Below, piece by piece: positions 26,950-40,470 of a stretch of DNA of 64,000 bases. A model generated the notes under the pieces. It saw only the letters and a program-made list of their open reading frames with translations, was not told where the DNA came from and made no database searches. Position 1 is the stretch's first letter. Every line of letters begins with the position of its first letter. The translations under genes and the position numbers were made by a program. The DNA comes from Octopus vulgaris (Eukaryota), in assembly GCA_951406725.2 (NCBI GenBank), contig OX597820.1, positions 119,226,001-119,290,000 on the forward strand, read 5' to 3'.

Positions 26950-27344
26950 CGATCTTGTATTTCTGGCCATCAGCAGTTCTGCCACTTCCCAGCACTAATT
27001 AAAACAATGATTACAAAGTGTGGCATATTGCCACATTTGTTTGCCGAGCATTATATACGATTGAATTGAGGCTAGTAACTAAACTGGTAGTTAATTTATC
27101 GACCATAGAATCATGAAATCCAGATCTGCCTCTCACAATATTGTTTGACGAGCAGCTAATTAATTTGTATTATTTAGTCTTCCTCTTTAGAGATTGTCCT
27201 TCTCCTTCACTTTAATAAGGCTTAATTAGCATTTCCATTATGGTAATGATAATAATGACAATATTATGAAGAAAAAAAAAACTAGTAATGATGAGGTAGA
27301 TGGAGAAAGAGAAATTTATGTTAGAAAAAGAAGGGAATGGAGAA

Positions 27345-27456
27345 AAGAAGAAGAAGAAGAAGAAGAAGAAGAAGAAGAAGAAGAAGAAGAAGAAGAAGAA
27401 GAAGAAGAAGAAGAAGAAGAAGAAGAAGAAGAAGAAGAAGAAGAAGAAGAAGAAGA
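27345..27456. repeat. (GAA)n microsatellite
   Basis: Perfect run. Confidence 0.95.
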
Positions 27457-28207
27457 TTGAAAGAAAGAGAAAATGTTGAAGAAATGTTAAGAAGTTTTAA
27501 TTACAGCTCATCTTAAATACTAAAAGGAAAAAATGGTGTATTTCGTATGTCAATATATAAATTGGAATAGATGCTGCTATTCAATTTAATAATATAAAAA
27601 AAACATGATTCGAACAATATAGATTCTATATTTAAAGCGTATTTCCACCGCTAACCAATTCTAGAGACAACTAATTATTAAGTCTGAGGAAAAGAAAACA
27701 AAATTATACGTAATTTATCTGGAGGCAGATTCTGAAGAATCGATATTTTTATTTGTAATTATTATTTTTTAAACATTTTTCTAGTAGAATAGTGCGTTAT
27801 CCGCACCACCGACCGCTTCTCTACGTCTTAAAAACCATTTCAAATAACTTCGAGTCTAATTAGGTTTGGATTTTTATGTAAAAGAAGAAAGAAATCACTA
27901 TAAATTCAGATGAATTGAAATATAATAGGTAATAATTTCGTTATCTCATTTTAATTTTTCACTGTGTACTTTCCTTTATATACTTATATTTATATCCTAA
28001 TGTATTTATTTATTCTTTGCTGCGCAAATTAATTTAATTTTCTAGTGAAAGTGCATTTGATTAGCTCACAAAAATAAAATGATTGCAAAAATCTAGATAA
28101 ACACAATATTTTGAAATAACAAAAATGTGTATTCATGGTGGAATCAGATATCAGTAAAACAATAATACTTTGCTAATTGGAAAAGAAGCAGAACATACAA
28201 GTCCTAC

Positions 28208-28248
<41 letters not shown>

Positions 28249-28348
28249 TTTCTCATCTAATCAATCCACACCGAGTAATCTCTTTAGAAATCCTGACTGT
28301 TTATCATACAGTAACCTGTAACGTACGAAAGTAAATAAAAGAAACACA

Positions 28349-28381
<33 letters not shown>

Positions 28382-29814
28382 TATTAACAGCATTACTCTC
28401 ATTATGCTTTCAATCTATTAAAACATGAATATTTTCGAATAACAGTTTCTCTAAAATAAATAATGCTATATACTAAAATGGTGCCTGATTGTCACAAATA
28501 AAAGTGATGTGCTTTAACAATTTTTTTTTTCTAAAACTTAGTATGTTAATAGTATGAAATTATCATTTAATTTTCCATGATTACATTTTTACACCAATAA
28601 ATATATATTTCTTTGACTGCCCTTCATTATTCGTCAGGAAGTCATATCCGGATTAAGCTTCTGTTGAATATTATCTCAGGATGCAAGTGCCAAGTACCTT
28701 CCGATAGAAGAACAATTTTCCTCCGTAAATAATACAAAGTCTCTAACGAATATTATAATCCGATTTAGATGTTGTTATACTTTATGAGTATATAATTATC
28801 TTTACCTAATTTTCTATAAGGACTTCTGGCACATTCATTAAATAAACGCGATTAAGGTACAGAAATGAAATACATTGAAATGTTTAATAGAGAATTATCT
28901 GCTGATTCCCGAATCTTTGAGCGAAGCCACAGGATTTAGTTCCATTCCATTCTATACCACGCATCACGTTAATCGTCAGTGATGAAGTTTTGCATGTTAT
29001 CCTTTTGGAGATTAAAAAAAATTGAATGCTAGATTTATATAGAGGAGAAAAACACAGCGTGCTCTCGGCGGACAAACAGTGGTCTGTAGAAAAAAAAATT
29101 ATGCTACATGGCGAAATATGTGTTTTATTTTCTTATGTAACACGGCAAAAGAAAATTTAAAATTAAAATTTGGTCACGCAGGTCATGTCTCTTCCTTAAC
29201 TTTTCGAAGATTATTTTACGAAATAATCGACCGTATATTTCCTGAAAAAATCTCAATATTAATGATTATCATCGAAATTATAGATATTCTTGTTTTATTT
29301 TATTTTTATAGTGGCATGTATGTATGAGAAATTGACGAAGTCAATGACTGCAATTTTAATAATATTGAAATCACGATGGACCTGCGAAACTGAAGTGGAA
29401 AGTGGGAAAGAGTTTCCCTTCAGTGTGGAGTGAAAATACAACGAAGTGAAAAGAAAGTTACGGATGTCAGACATAGTTCTAAGACTTATGCCGGGTAACT
29501 TTTATGCTTGCTCAATAGTTTTGAAAAACAAACAGTTCTATTATTGATTTCTTTGTAATTGAAATGGAAAATGAAAGAATCTAACGTAAATACTTTCAAT
29601 GAAGCCGTGTTACATTGAACTATGCATTGATTAAGGATGTATTTTATATTAAGGCTCACAGTCAATAGAATCGACTCGGATACAATAGGGATAACTTTTT
29701 GATTAACTGACGTTAATGGGTTAAATTGAGTTGGTACCGATAGATTATTGGGAATGGGTCAATTAAATATCATAATGCATTCCATGTACTATGATATATA
29801 TATATATATATATA

Positions 29815-29863
<49 letters not shown>

Positions 29864-29868
29864 TATGC

Positions 29869-29899
<31 letters not shown>

Positions 29900-29976
29900 C
29901 ATATATACATATATATATATATATGTGTGTGTATATATGTATATGTATATATATGTGTATATATACGTATATATAC

Positions 29977-30009
<33 letters not shown>

Positions 30010-31438
30010 CATATATACATATATATATTTATATATATGTATTTGTTATTATGTATGTCTAAGCGTGTGTATATATATTATATGTACACAGACAACTATA
30101 CACGTACACACACAACCACACACACACAACCACACACACACAACCACACACACACACACATACACGGAGTTTCGCCGCAGGTCTTCTCGCTCACGCATCA
30201 TCTATAGCTAAACAGCAAGAAGAACATCACGTTCTTCTGTATTGTTTTTTTACTGTCCTCCTTTACCTGATTCACACTTATTTCCTTCTCTTTGTTGTAT
30301 TTTGTGTTATCGTTGCTATTATCATAATTAGTAATTGCAATAGGGGTGTTGACTGGTAGAAACGTCGGAACGCCGGAAAATATGCTTCAGGGTATCTATT
30401 GTCTGTTTAGTTTCTGAATACAAATCACGCTGCCTTTCGTACTTTCGGCGTCAATAAAGCAAGGTGCTACTCGTCTCATCTCGTTAATTTCTGGATGCAT
30501 AATGATCAGATCTCAAATGTAGTTATTTTAGATGTCATAAATTCTTGGAAGTTCTTTATAAATCCTCATGTCCCTTTTTCATGGCTCTGCGCTCATAAAC
30601 TACGCACATTGCTCCAGCAAAACGGAAACAAGCTAGAGATTCCTATAGTTTCCGGTGACAATATATGTGTTAACGGAAGTGTTTCGTTTATTGATTCTGC
30701 CTACCTTTATTTCTCAACCGTGATCTTAAAATACGTGCTGATGGTCCATTAAGATCTGTGGTGCACGATACATGCACGATGTTGCCTCACAGATCTCTCA
30801 GAGCCCTTTTCAATTGTTCCTTTGAGGATATAATGAAACCTGTTCCATTGCTGGGGTCTCAGGTGGATCATATTTTTTCTTCTGTTTTCGAATAAACGAT
30901 TCATACAAAAAGGGGATACTTACAAACACGATTCACAAAGTTTTTTTCTAGTTCTGAGGTCTGTCCCCATTTAATATCTGCTGTTTCGGTGTTTGTCATG
31001 TGGTTGCCCTCAAACAAGTTCGCTGCGGTATTTTTCTCCGAAATGTTGTTTATTTTCTTGACTTAATAGGTGTGCATGTTTTGTATTCTTTGTATATTAC
31101 AATTGGCGTTTCTTTGCTTCGATTTTGACATACCCTGTTCAAAATATTTTTCCTGGGTGGGAGGCGGTTGAAGTATAATGTGAAGCAAATTATTAACGTG
31201 GGTCGCTATACTAACTAAAAAGAAAACTGACTTAACAAAACAAATATATATATATATATCAATTGCGCACAGTTACAAAACAGACTCCTAAATTGGTGGA
31301 TAAATACGAAATATTTAGCCGTTCAGCAGAAGCAATTTGGAAACATTTTTATTAAATTATGAGTGATAAAATTCATTCATACAAGAAAAGCAGAATATGT
31401 GGAAAAAAGGGGAAGGAAATATCAACCATCGTCTAAAC

Positions 31439-31639
31439 CAGTGGTTTTCAACCATGGTTCCGCCAGTACAGTCCAGGGGTTCCGCAAGAAGTTACAAAAC
31501 TGCTAAAATAGGCAGTAATTTATAATTCTCCTGTGCAGTTATGTGTGCATAAGAGTATTAAATTAGTGCACAGGGGTTCCTCGAGCCAGTGGAATGCTTC
31601 CTTGGGGTTCCGCTCCAGCAAAAAGTTTGAAAAGCACTG
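31439..31639. mobile_element. hAT-Charlie-type MITE
   Basis: TIRs cagtggttttcaa / ttgaaaagcactg; perfect 8-bp TSD gtctaaac at 31431-31438 and 31640-31647. Confidence 0.9.
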
Positions 31640-31649
31640 GTCTAAACGA

Positions 31650-32150
31650 ATGAAGTGGGATGGCATGAGCTAACCCAAAATGAATATAAACACAGGTCTG
31701 ATTTTCTTGTTAAGATTCTGTATTGGGTTGCTAGCCAGCTTTCTAAAATTGTAGTGATGATAAAGCGACAATCTTACGAGCCAGAGATTCCCCTGCGAAT
31801 GAAAATGACAGGATACTTTGTCTCTTTAGAGAATACTTTTAATGTAAAGTATCTGGATGTTAGGGTGACAGCAGAAAGAACAAAGAATATACGATCTTTG
31901 AGTTTGTAATCTCATATGGTAGTTGTATGGCTACAACAAAGACTGAGAAATTGAGATATATCAAGATCAATCATTCAGACGAAGGGATTGTAGGACATAG
32001 GTGACAAAATTTGGATCCTGTTCTAGAAATACTAATTTATTTAAAAGTATATGTAGCAACTTTGTAGGAATAAAAAATAGCGTTTGCAACAAAATGAAGA
32101 TGAGAATAAAATAGGGTGCAGGAAAAAGGATTCTCCACTTTGGTTATGTT
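31650..32150 (+). pseudogene. Highly decayed RLE-type (R4/Dong-like) LINE C-terminal fragment
   Basis: ELTQNEYKHRSD..KILYW..YEPE..ENDRIL resembles the RHD/YxH..WD region upstream of restriction-like endonucleases. Confidence 0.4.
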
Positions 32151-32211
32151 AAGAGATTTAGATAACACAATTGCACAAAACAAATGGGATAACGATTATG
32201 TGCCAACATAA

Positions 32212-32430
32212 CATGGCAGTCCTGGTTTAGGACGAATGTTGCTGTAATTTAGCCCCAGGAAACATCGTTTCAATCTGGCTGTACGACACGATCTGTGTCC
32301 TTATATTTTCGAACAAGGGAATCTAGAACCCCCACTCAGCTCAAAACAATATCTGTGTACCGTGATTTCCGGGTTATTTCCCTTCATCAGCGCAGAATAA
32401 TTATTCGGGTAGAGGTGGCACTGCCAAATT
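32212..32430 (-). mobile_element. Penelope-type terminal repeat fragment with hammerhead motif
   Basis: Minus strand 32353-32395: CUGCG CUGAUGA A GGG AAAUAA CCC G GAAA UCACGG UA^CACAG. Confidence 0.6.
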
Positions 32431-33737
32431 TACGTTCGAAATATATAGGTTTCAAAGTGACAACTAGTCACTGATTTATAAATTAGAAAATTACTGATTT
32501 ATGTTGGCAACTAATCTTAACTCCAAAGTACTGTTGCTAAATATCTCTCCTTGTGAGATTTACAAATAGTAATTTTCTAAATGAGATAACTTTGTATATT
32601 CATTGGCAGAAGGAGATCCCAGATCCACTCGATTGGTCACGTTACCAGAGAGATAAACATCTGAAATCATTCCTGCACAGGAGTACAATAAGCTATTGTA
32701 GCATAACAACATAGACACAAATATTGTTCGCGCGAAAGTACAAATACACAATGCAATTGTAGATATTCTAGAACTAATATAAAAATAGAAATTAATTTAA
32801 GAACAACTTAAGAATTACCGAAGTGCAATATTATTATCGTGATTAAATCTATTTCTACATCGAGTGAAAAATGCAGTATTGTAAGTTACGGCTTATATAT
32901 TGCGTAAGACTTTCACATTTATATTGAAATTCAACAACATTAATAGTAAAATATTAGTAATAATGTGTACACCTGAATCTAAAGAGAGTGAGTGTGGTAC
33001 TATAAAAGATACCTGTTAGGAGATTATATGTAAATAGATATCATAATTATAATTTTTAACACAAGGACATCTCAATTTTTGTATAACGGTGGTGGTGAAA
33101 ACAGTTGAGTAAAATATAATTAATTGATAGTACTTAACTTTATTAATTAGCTCTTAATTTTATTGCCCCTGGAAGCGGGAAAGACAAAGTCGAACACGGG
33201 CAGATTTGAAAACAGAACACGGATGGGAATAATTCATAAGTAAATACTGCAAAATATTTTATTCATGGCTTTGCCTTGCACGAATTTGTTAGAAAATGAA
33301 GCGAAGGAAAAATAATAACGATGAAAGAAAAAGCTGAATAAGCCAAGAAAGGTGAAAAGAGAAAATAAACTAAAAGGAAATACGTTTACTCCAAAAAAAC
33401 TCTCCTAATACTTTTCTTATCAACCACATGGCTATCAATATACACAATATCACTGTATTTTTTGTTCTCTATGCTTCTAATCTTCTTACCGATAATTTTC
33501 TTTCTCTATTATACATATATTTCTTCTAATTATGCTAGCATTAATTAACATCAGTTCATTCGATTATTCATCTTTTCTTAATATCATGTTACATTATTTT
33601 TCTCCACAAAGACAAAAGACAGTCAACGATCTTTCTTTTGGAATTATTGAATTTCTTTCTTCGAAATATCAATTATCAATATTTCACTATATACATATAC
33701 ATACATGCATACATACATACATACATACATACATACA

Positions 33738-33771
<34 letters not shown>

Positions 33772-33907
33772 CATACATACACATATATATATATATATAT
33801 GTACTCATACACATATATACACATATATTTCATATGTACCTCTTTCTATCTATCTATCTTTCTATCAACATATGAGTATATATACATACATACACACACG
33901 CATATAT

Positions 33908-34364
33908 AACCTCATCCCACTCCCACATCGTCACCCTCACATCGTCACCCCCAAACCACACCTCACCCTTACATCCCCACACCACACAGCACACTAGCAC
34001 TGACCCCTTCCCAGCACCCACACACTCACACACTACAGACGCACACACACGCTCACGTCCACACTTCAAAGTCATCAGCCCATATCCACACGCACACACT
34101 TACACACTCTCGCATACACACACGCACGCGCACCTGCATTTTGGGATCACCAGCACTCTATTATCTCCCCTTCTTCCTAGCTCACCTGTCTAACTTCCTT
34201 TGTTCAACCAGTCGCCATGATTGACCGCTAACTCCAAAAGTTTTTCTTTTCCCTCTCAGTTAAAGAGCGTAGGCTCGAAACGTAAAAGACTTTCACCTTT
34301 CCGAGTGTCAAACTAATGCTTGTTTTTCATACTCCTGTCTTCGTATTTTGCTTTCTGTAAATTT

Positions 34365-34369
<5 letters not shown>
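33908..34369 (+). mobile_element. 3' end of a related Penelope element
   Basis: C/A-rich tract, then ctattatctcccc..gtcgccatgattga..gagcgtaggctcgaaacgta, in the same order as 26140-26443; ends at (TA)n. Confidence 0.75.
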
Positions 34370-34406
<37 letters not shown>

Positions 34407-34410
<4 letters not shown>

Positions 34411-34600
34411 ATCCAAACAAGAAAACACAAAAAAAATACAACAACGCGAGGACGTGGAACAAATATAGTATTATTGGACGCTCAGGAAAGAAGGGAAGAA
34501 GGAGGGTTTAACGTTTCGAGCGGAGTTCTTCTTCGGAAACATAGGAGAAGGAAGGATCCAGAGAAGAGAAGACAGAGGAAAAAAATCGCCAACGGTTCAC
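34407..34600 (-). mobile_element. Penelope terminal repeat of another subfamily, tail-to-tail with the previous one across (TA)n
   Basis: Minus strand ccgaagaagaactccgctcgaaacgtta (34509-34536) followed by cctgagcgtccaataatac. Confidence 0.7.
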
Positions 34601-34810
34601 ATTTCAATGGATGAATGAATTATCCTATGTTTACTGTTAACATGGAAAATTCAATAAACCGTTACCAAGGTAGCAAAATTCACGTCAGAAACACGGTTGA
34701 AGCGACCTATCCAAAGGTAGAAACTCCGGGTTAATGTACAGTAATTTGTGTGTTATAAATGAATAAATAAATAAATGGAGTTGAACGAAGATGTTAATAA
34801 CATTCTTTTA

Positions 34811-34891
34811 CTTTCGATATATGTTTCGAAGACACGTGGTTTTATTCCAAAGGAATAAACGGTGTAAAATGCAATCTTCTCATCAGGAAAG
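34811..34891 (-). ncRNA. Type I hammerhead motif, copy with a stem III substitution
   Basis: Minus strand CUUUC CUGAUGA GAAGA..UCUUC GAAA CAUAUA UC GAAAG. Confidence 0.7.
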
Positions 34892-34987
34892 AAAGAGAGC
34901 CTCTCTCAACAACAAGACATTATAACAATAACGGTAGGCAGTCATCGTAATTATTATAATGTCTTGTTGTTGAGAGAGGCTCTCTTT

Positions 34988-35069
34988 CTTTCCTGATGAG
35001 AAGATTGCATTTTACACCGTTTATTCCTTTGGAATAAAACCATGTTGTCTTCGAAACATATGTCGAAAG
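34988..35069 (+). ncRNA. Canonical type I hammerhead ribozyme motif
   Basis: CUUUC CUGAUGA GAAGA[43 nt]UCUUC GAAA CAUAUG UC^GAAAG; predicted cleavage after 35064. Confidence 0.85.
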
Positions 35070-35122
35070 TAAAAGAATTTTATTAACATCTTCGTTCAAC
35101 TCTATTTATTTATTTATTCATT

Positions 35123-35156
<34 letters not shown>

Positions 35157-35185
35157 CAAATGTATAGATACATGTATATATATGT

Positions 35186-35251
<66 letters not shown>

Positions 35252-35524
35252 TTTTGGTATATCTGGGGAAAGTCATACTGCCTTAATATCTAACACATTC
35301 ACCGGTTCAATTCAGACTCATTTATTATTTCAGTTGTTTTCTTTCAAATAGTTTCGTTGCCTTCTGCAATCTTGTCAATGGATATTAGCGCCGTCTGGTA
35401 TCGGAGCTGAGTTCCTTTTGTCTGTTTGTGTGCATGTGTCTGCGCCAGTGTGCATGTGTGCTTGGGTATGCACATATGTACGTATGTATGCATGTATATA
35501 TATATATGTATGTATGTATATATG

Positions 35525-35568
<44 letters not shown>

Positions 35569-35591
35569 CATGCAAAAATATACAAACATAG

Positions 35592-35659
<68 letters not shown>

Positions 35660-35660
35660 T

Positions 35661-35794
<134 letters not shown>

Positions 35795-36493
35795 TCATAT
35801 ATATTTTGCCTACTTAAAAGCCTAGAGGCAAATGTACCTATGTATGTATATTATGTAGATAATTTATATATATATATATATATATATGTATATGTAAATA
35901 TGAAAGTGTGTATTTATTAATGGGATGATGTCTATATGATTATATTTGTGTAGGTTTCTGCTGCAAAATGACAATGTTCGTTTCTTCTTTGGCCGTTGTA
36001 TTCAGTTATTCTTAAAATTTTCTGATATATGACAACCAGCATAATTTCCGGTTGGAAAGCTACCCAGGTGACCTCTCCACAATGTCAACCCATCAAATGT
36101 TTAATTAATCACATGACGTTTGTGAGATTAGTAAATCTCGTGGACAGATGTGACACTGAAAGCCTCGCCCGTTACAAATTACCGGTGCATAACAACCAAC
36201 CATTCTGTTTCTTAGAGATCTTCCCGTCTGACAACGTTTCAATGGAGAATAGATTTACATTAGCTACTTATATCCACGTGGCAGATTTCTTGGGACATAC
36301 AATAAATCTAGGAGCCATCCTAATGTCAACCTCGCTTCTTTAGCTACTGTTTAGAGGTTTGTTTTTGCATATTTTTTCATATCTGTTCTCTTATCTTTTT
36401 TTTTTTTTTTGAGAGGAAGTGGTCTGATATGTAAGATTATATTCCTATGCTTCAAAACATGCATAGATTATTTCATAAACCATGTCTCTTTCT

Positions 36494-36543
<50 letters not shown>

Positions 36544-36614
36544 GCATGTATATATACGTGTAGATGTCGGTACGTACATATATGTTTGTATGTATGCATA
36601 TATTTTATTTATTA

Positions 36615-36675
<61 letters not shown>

Positions 36676-37297
36676 TACATACATATATATATATACATGT
36701 ATACATATATATGCATACATACATACATACATACATACATGAATATATATATATTTATATATATATATACATACATACATAAATACAAACATACACGCAA
36801 ACGCACACGCATATAGATATATTTAGGTATGTATTTACCGATATACACATACATATACTTATGCATATTTACAGCCATAAACCCAATGAAAGTAACAAAC
36901 TTTACTAAATATATAATACAAAAACCACGATGCAAACATGATCAATAAATTAGGATATAAGTATTAGACAACGGAAACATCCGAAAGCATATTCAAGCGT
37001 AAACGGAAGGGTGCGCGTTCACAGAGGGAGAAAGGGAGACAGTCACCGAATGACAATATTATGACAGACACCCAAATAATTTATAAAATGAAACTATTTG
37101 TGTCCATGGTGCAATATAAAACACTTTCCAACGGCTATGTATACTCTTTTCTAACTGTTATATACGCTAGGCTTTAAAACAACGCTAAAGAATGAAGGAA
37201 TAAATACATTAATGAATAAAAGATTGGGACGAAAAAGGGTTCGCAGGAAGTAAAATGAAGAAAACGTTGCTATTAGCATTATTATTAAGACGACAGA

Positions 37298-38480
37298 AGG
37301 CGGCGAGCTGGACGAAATGCTTAGCGGTATTTCGTCTGCCGCTACGTTCTGAGTTCAAATTCCGCCGTGTTCGACTTTGCCTTTTATCATTTCGGGGTCG
37401 ATTAAATAAGTACCAGTTACGCACTGGGGTCGATATAATAGACTTAATCCGTTTGTCTGTCCGTGTTTGTCCTCTCTGTGTTTAGCTCCTTGTGTGTAGT
37501 AAAGAAATAGTTATTTCATCTGTTTCTACGTTCTGAGTTCAAATTCCGCCCTGGTTGACATTGCCTTTCATCCATTCGGGGTCGATTAAATAAGTACCAG
37601 TTACGCACTGGGGTCGATATAATAGACTTAATTCATGTGTCTGTCCTTGTTTGTCCTCTCTATGTTTAGCCCCTTGTGGGTAATAAAGAGATAGGTATTT
37701 CGTCTGCCGCTACGTTCTGAGTTCAAATTCCGCCGAGGTCGACTTTGCCTTTTATCCTTTCGGGGTCGATTAAATAAGTACCAGTTACGCACTGGGGTCG
37801 ATATAATAGACTTAATCCGTTTGTCTGTCCGTGTTTGTCCTTTCTTGGTTTAGCTCCTTGTGTGTAGTAAAGAAATAGTTATTTCATCTGTTTCTACGTT
37901 CTGAGTTCAAATTCCGCCGAGGTTGACATTGCCTTTCATCCATTCGGTGTCGATAGATTAAGTACCAGTGAAAGACTGGGGGGGGGGGCATATAATCGAC
38001 TAGTCTCCTCACCTTGTGCCTATAATAGAAAGGATTATCATTATTATTAAGGCCACGGAAGGTGGTGAGCTGGTAGAATCGTTAGCACGCTAGACAAAAT
38101 TCTTAGTGGTATTTCATCTGTTGCTATGTTCAGAGTTCAAATTCCACCGAGGTCGACTTTGCATTTCATCCTTTTGGCTTCGATGAAATGAGTACCAGTC
38201 ACGTACTGGAGTCGATATAATCGACTAGCCCTTCCCCCGAAATTTCAGGTCTTGTACTTTTAGTAGAAAGAATTATTCTTACTATTAAGGTGACGAGCTG
38301 GCAGAACCCTTAACACGCCGGACGAAATGTTCACCGGCATTTCATCCGTCTTTACGCTCAGAGTTCAGGTTCCGCCGAGGTTAACTTTGCCTTTCCTGCT
38401 GGGTCGATAAAATAGATACGAGTTAAATACTGAGGTCAATGTAATCGATTCACCCCCGACGCGAAGTTGCTGGCCTTGTG
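37298..38480 (+). mobile_element. Cluster and tandem array of SINE family B
   Basis: Four head-to-tail ~185-bp units (37298-~37990) followed by two older copies at ~38060 and ~38288. Confidence 0.9.
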
Positions 38481-38529
38481 TTAAATTTGTCATTGTTGTA
38501 CTATTGTTCATGTTTTTGTTGTTGCTGTT

Positions 38530-39220
38530 GTATATTCTACACGCTTTTCCGCAGGTTGACTCCTTCTAAGAGCTACAGTACATGATCATGCAGACCATGA
38601 GGCGTGCCCTCGAGCAGTGGAGTCGGTGAATATTCCATTATAGCCTTCAATAGTAAATTAGTGGTGTGTAAAAGCGACATGTTTTTGGGGTTGACCCCTG
38701 GACGTGTGTGAAAATCAACTAGCTTGACTTTTCCGGAAGCTCTTCAAGCCAGGGAGTATCGATAGTTTCCAGAAAAACCTGGTTTAGCATTACTACCGGG
38801 TAACACCTTAAACCTGGGATTGGGGCTCTGTTTCGGGACTTCCAGAGGTTTGAGGAATATGGAACTATCTCTTGGTCCCTATTCTCCCAGGTCTATCACC
38901 TGTCAAGGTCCCAGCTATGGGTCAACTAGCGAATCAGGGAACTGATTCCGGAAGAAAATTACGCGCAATCACCCCAATGGGCCCAGGGTATAAGAGGCCC
39001 TCTGGATCATCTAAGAGAAGGTAACTCTATACAAATCCTGCATTCTGATAACTAGTGGTCTCATGGTATTTGTATTATGGTCGAGAGAGTGGCACTGGCT
39101 CTACAAAAGCCTTGCCCACTATCATAATAAGCCCATATTAGGGGTAGTTTATTGATTGTTTTAAACAATAGGCTGAGAGTGAAATCCCTTGTAGAAAATT
39201 CAGAGGGACGGACTTACAGG
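38530..39220 (+). mobile_element. GC-richer repeat-like segment, possibly a LINE 5' UTR
   Basis: Compositional shift and agaaggtaactct..aaatcc-type motif; no ORF. Confidence 0.3.
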
Positions 39221-39458
39221 TAGGTATGCACGGTTGAATTTAACGAATATCTGGCACATTCTGTAGGAGGTCTTGAGTATGGCAGACGTTTTTGACTCAG
39301 CTTTCTTGCATAATGCAAACATGACAGGTGAGGTCTAAGTGGACTTGATTGGGCACTTTTTTCTGGTAATTGCCCAGGTAGAGCAGAGGTGGTTAAGATA
39401 CTGTCTCTCTTATACCGTCGACCAGCGACGAAGTCAACCACGTTATAACTACTACTAG

Positions 39459-39520
<62 letters not shown>

Positions 39521-39833
39521 AGCATAGTAAATTTACAAACAGACATTTTCCGCACCCTTTGTCCCCTAATACCAAGATCCTGCCGAAGCTAACTTTGCAA
39601 TTCACACCTCTGGGTTGATAATTTATAGAACCAGTCGCGTATTGGGCGGTGTGGGGGTCGGTAAAATATACAACCAGTTGAGGACTGGAATTGACGTAAC
39701 CAACTGACCCCCGCCTCCCCACCTTTAAAATTTTTGGCCTTTTGCCAGAAACCATTGTTGCATGAATTAAAGCTGTTATCTCCCTTTCTCTTATTTTCCT
39801 TCTTCTCATCCTCATTTTCTTCTTCTTCTTCTT

Positions 39834-39913
<80 letters not shown>

Positions 39914-40222
39914 TATCATTATTATTATTAATATTAGCAGCATGTAGTAATGCTTAGGGATGATAAAGACTATAATTACGTTTGATATTATGTTTCTAAT
40001 TATTACAACACAGTGTAAATAATTACATCTGATAACTAATTGAATATTTCAAGACTGGCAATAAAACAACAGACGGCAACTTAATTTACAAACTTAGGTT
40101 ATTAATCAGTTTGTTTTATTTGTGTATCTTAACTTATACAAAACCCATTCCATTGATCAATGCTTTCTCTCTAAAACAAACATGGAACAGCAGACAGATA
40201 CTACTACATTCAAATATGCATA

Positions 40223-40262
<40 letters not shown>

Positions 40263-40352
40263 CATATATATACATATATATATATACATATATATATATA
40301 CATATATATATACACATATATATATACATACATATATATATATCTATATCTG

Positions 40353-40470
<118 letters not shown>

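Larger units (their letters stand above)
34755..35125. repeat. ~175-bp-arm near-perfect inverted repeat with a hammerhead in each arm
   Basis: 34755-34931 is the reverse complement of ~34948-35125. Confidence 0.92.

Noticed and set aside
30500-31150. Possible ancient transposase remnants (also 9660-10180 and 57850-58480)
   Set aside because: No diagnostic motif could be read with confidence
37298-37990. CRISPR-like array
   Set aside because: Units are contiguous ~185-bp SINE repeats without unique spacers; eukaryotic context and no cas genes
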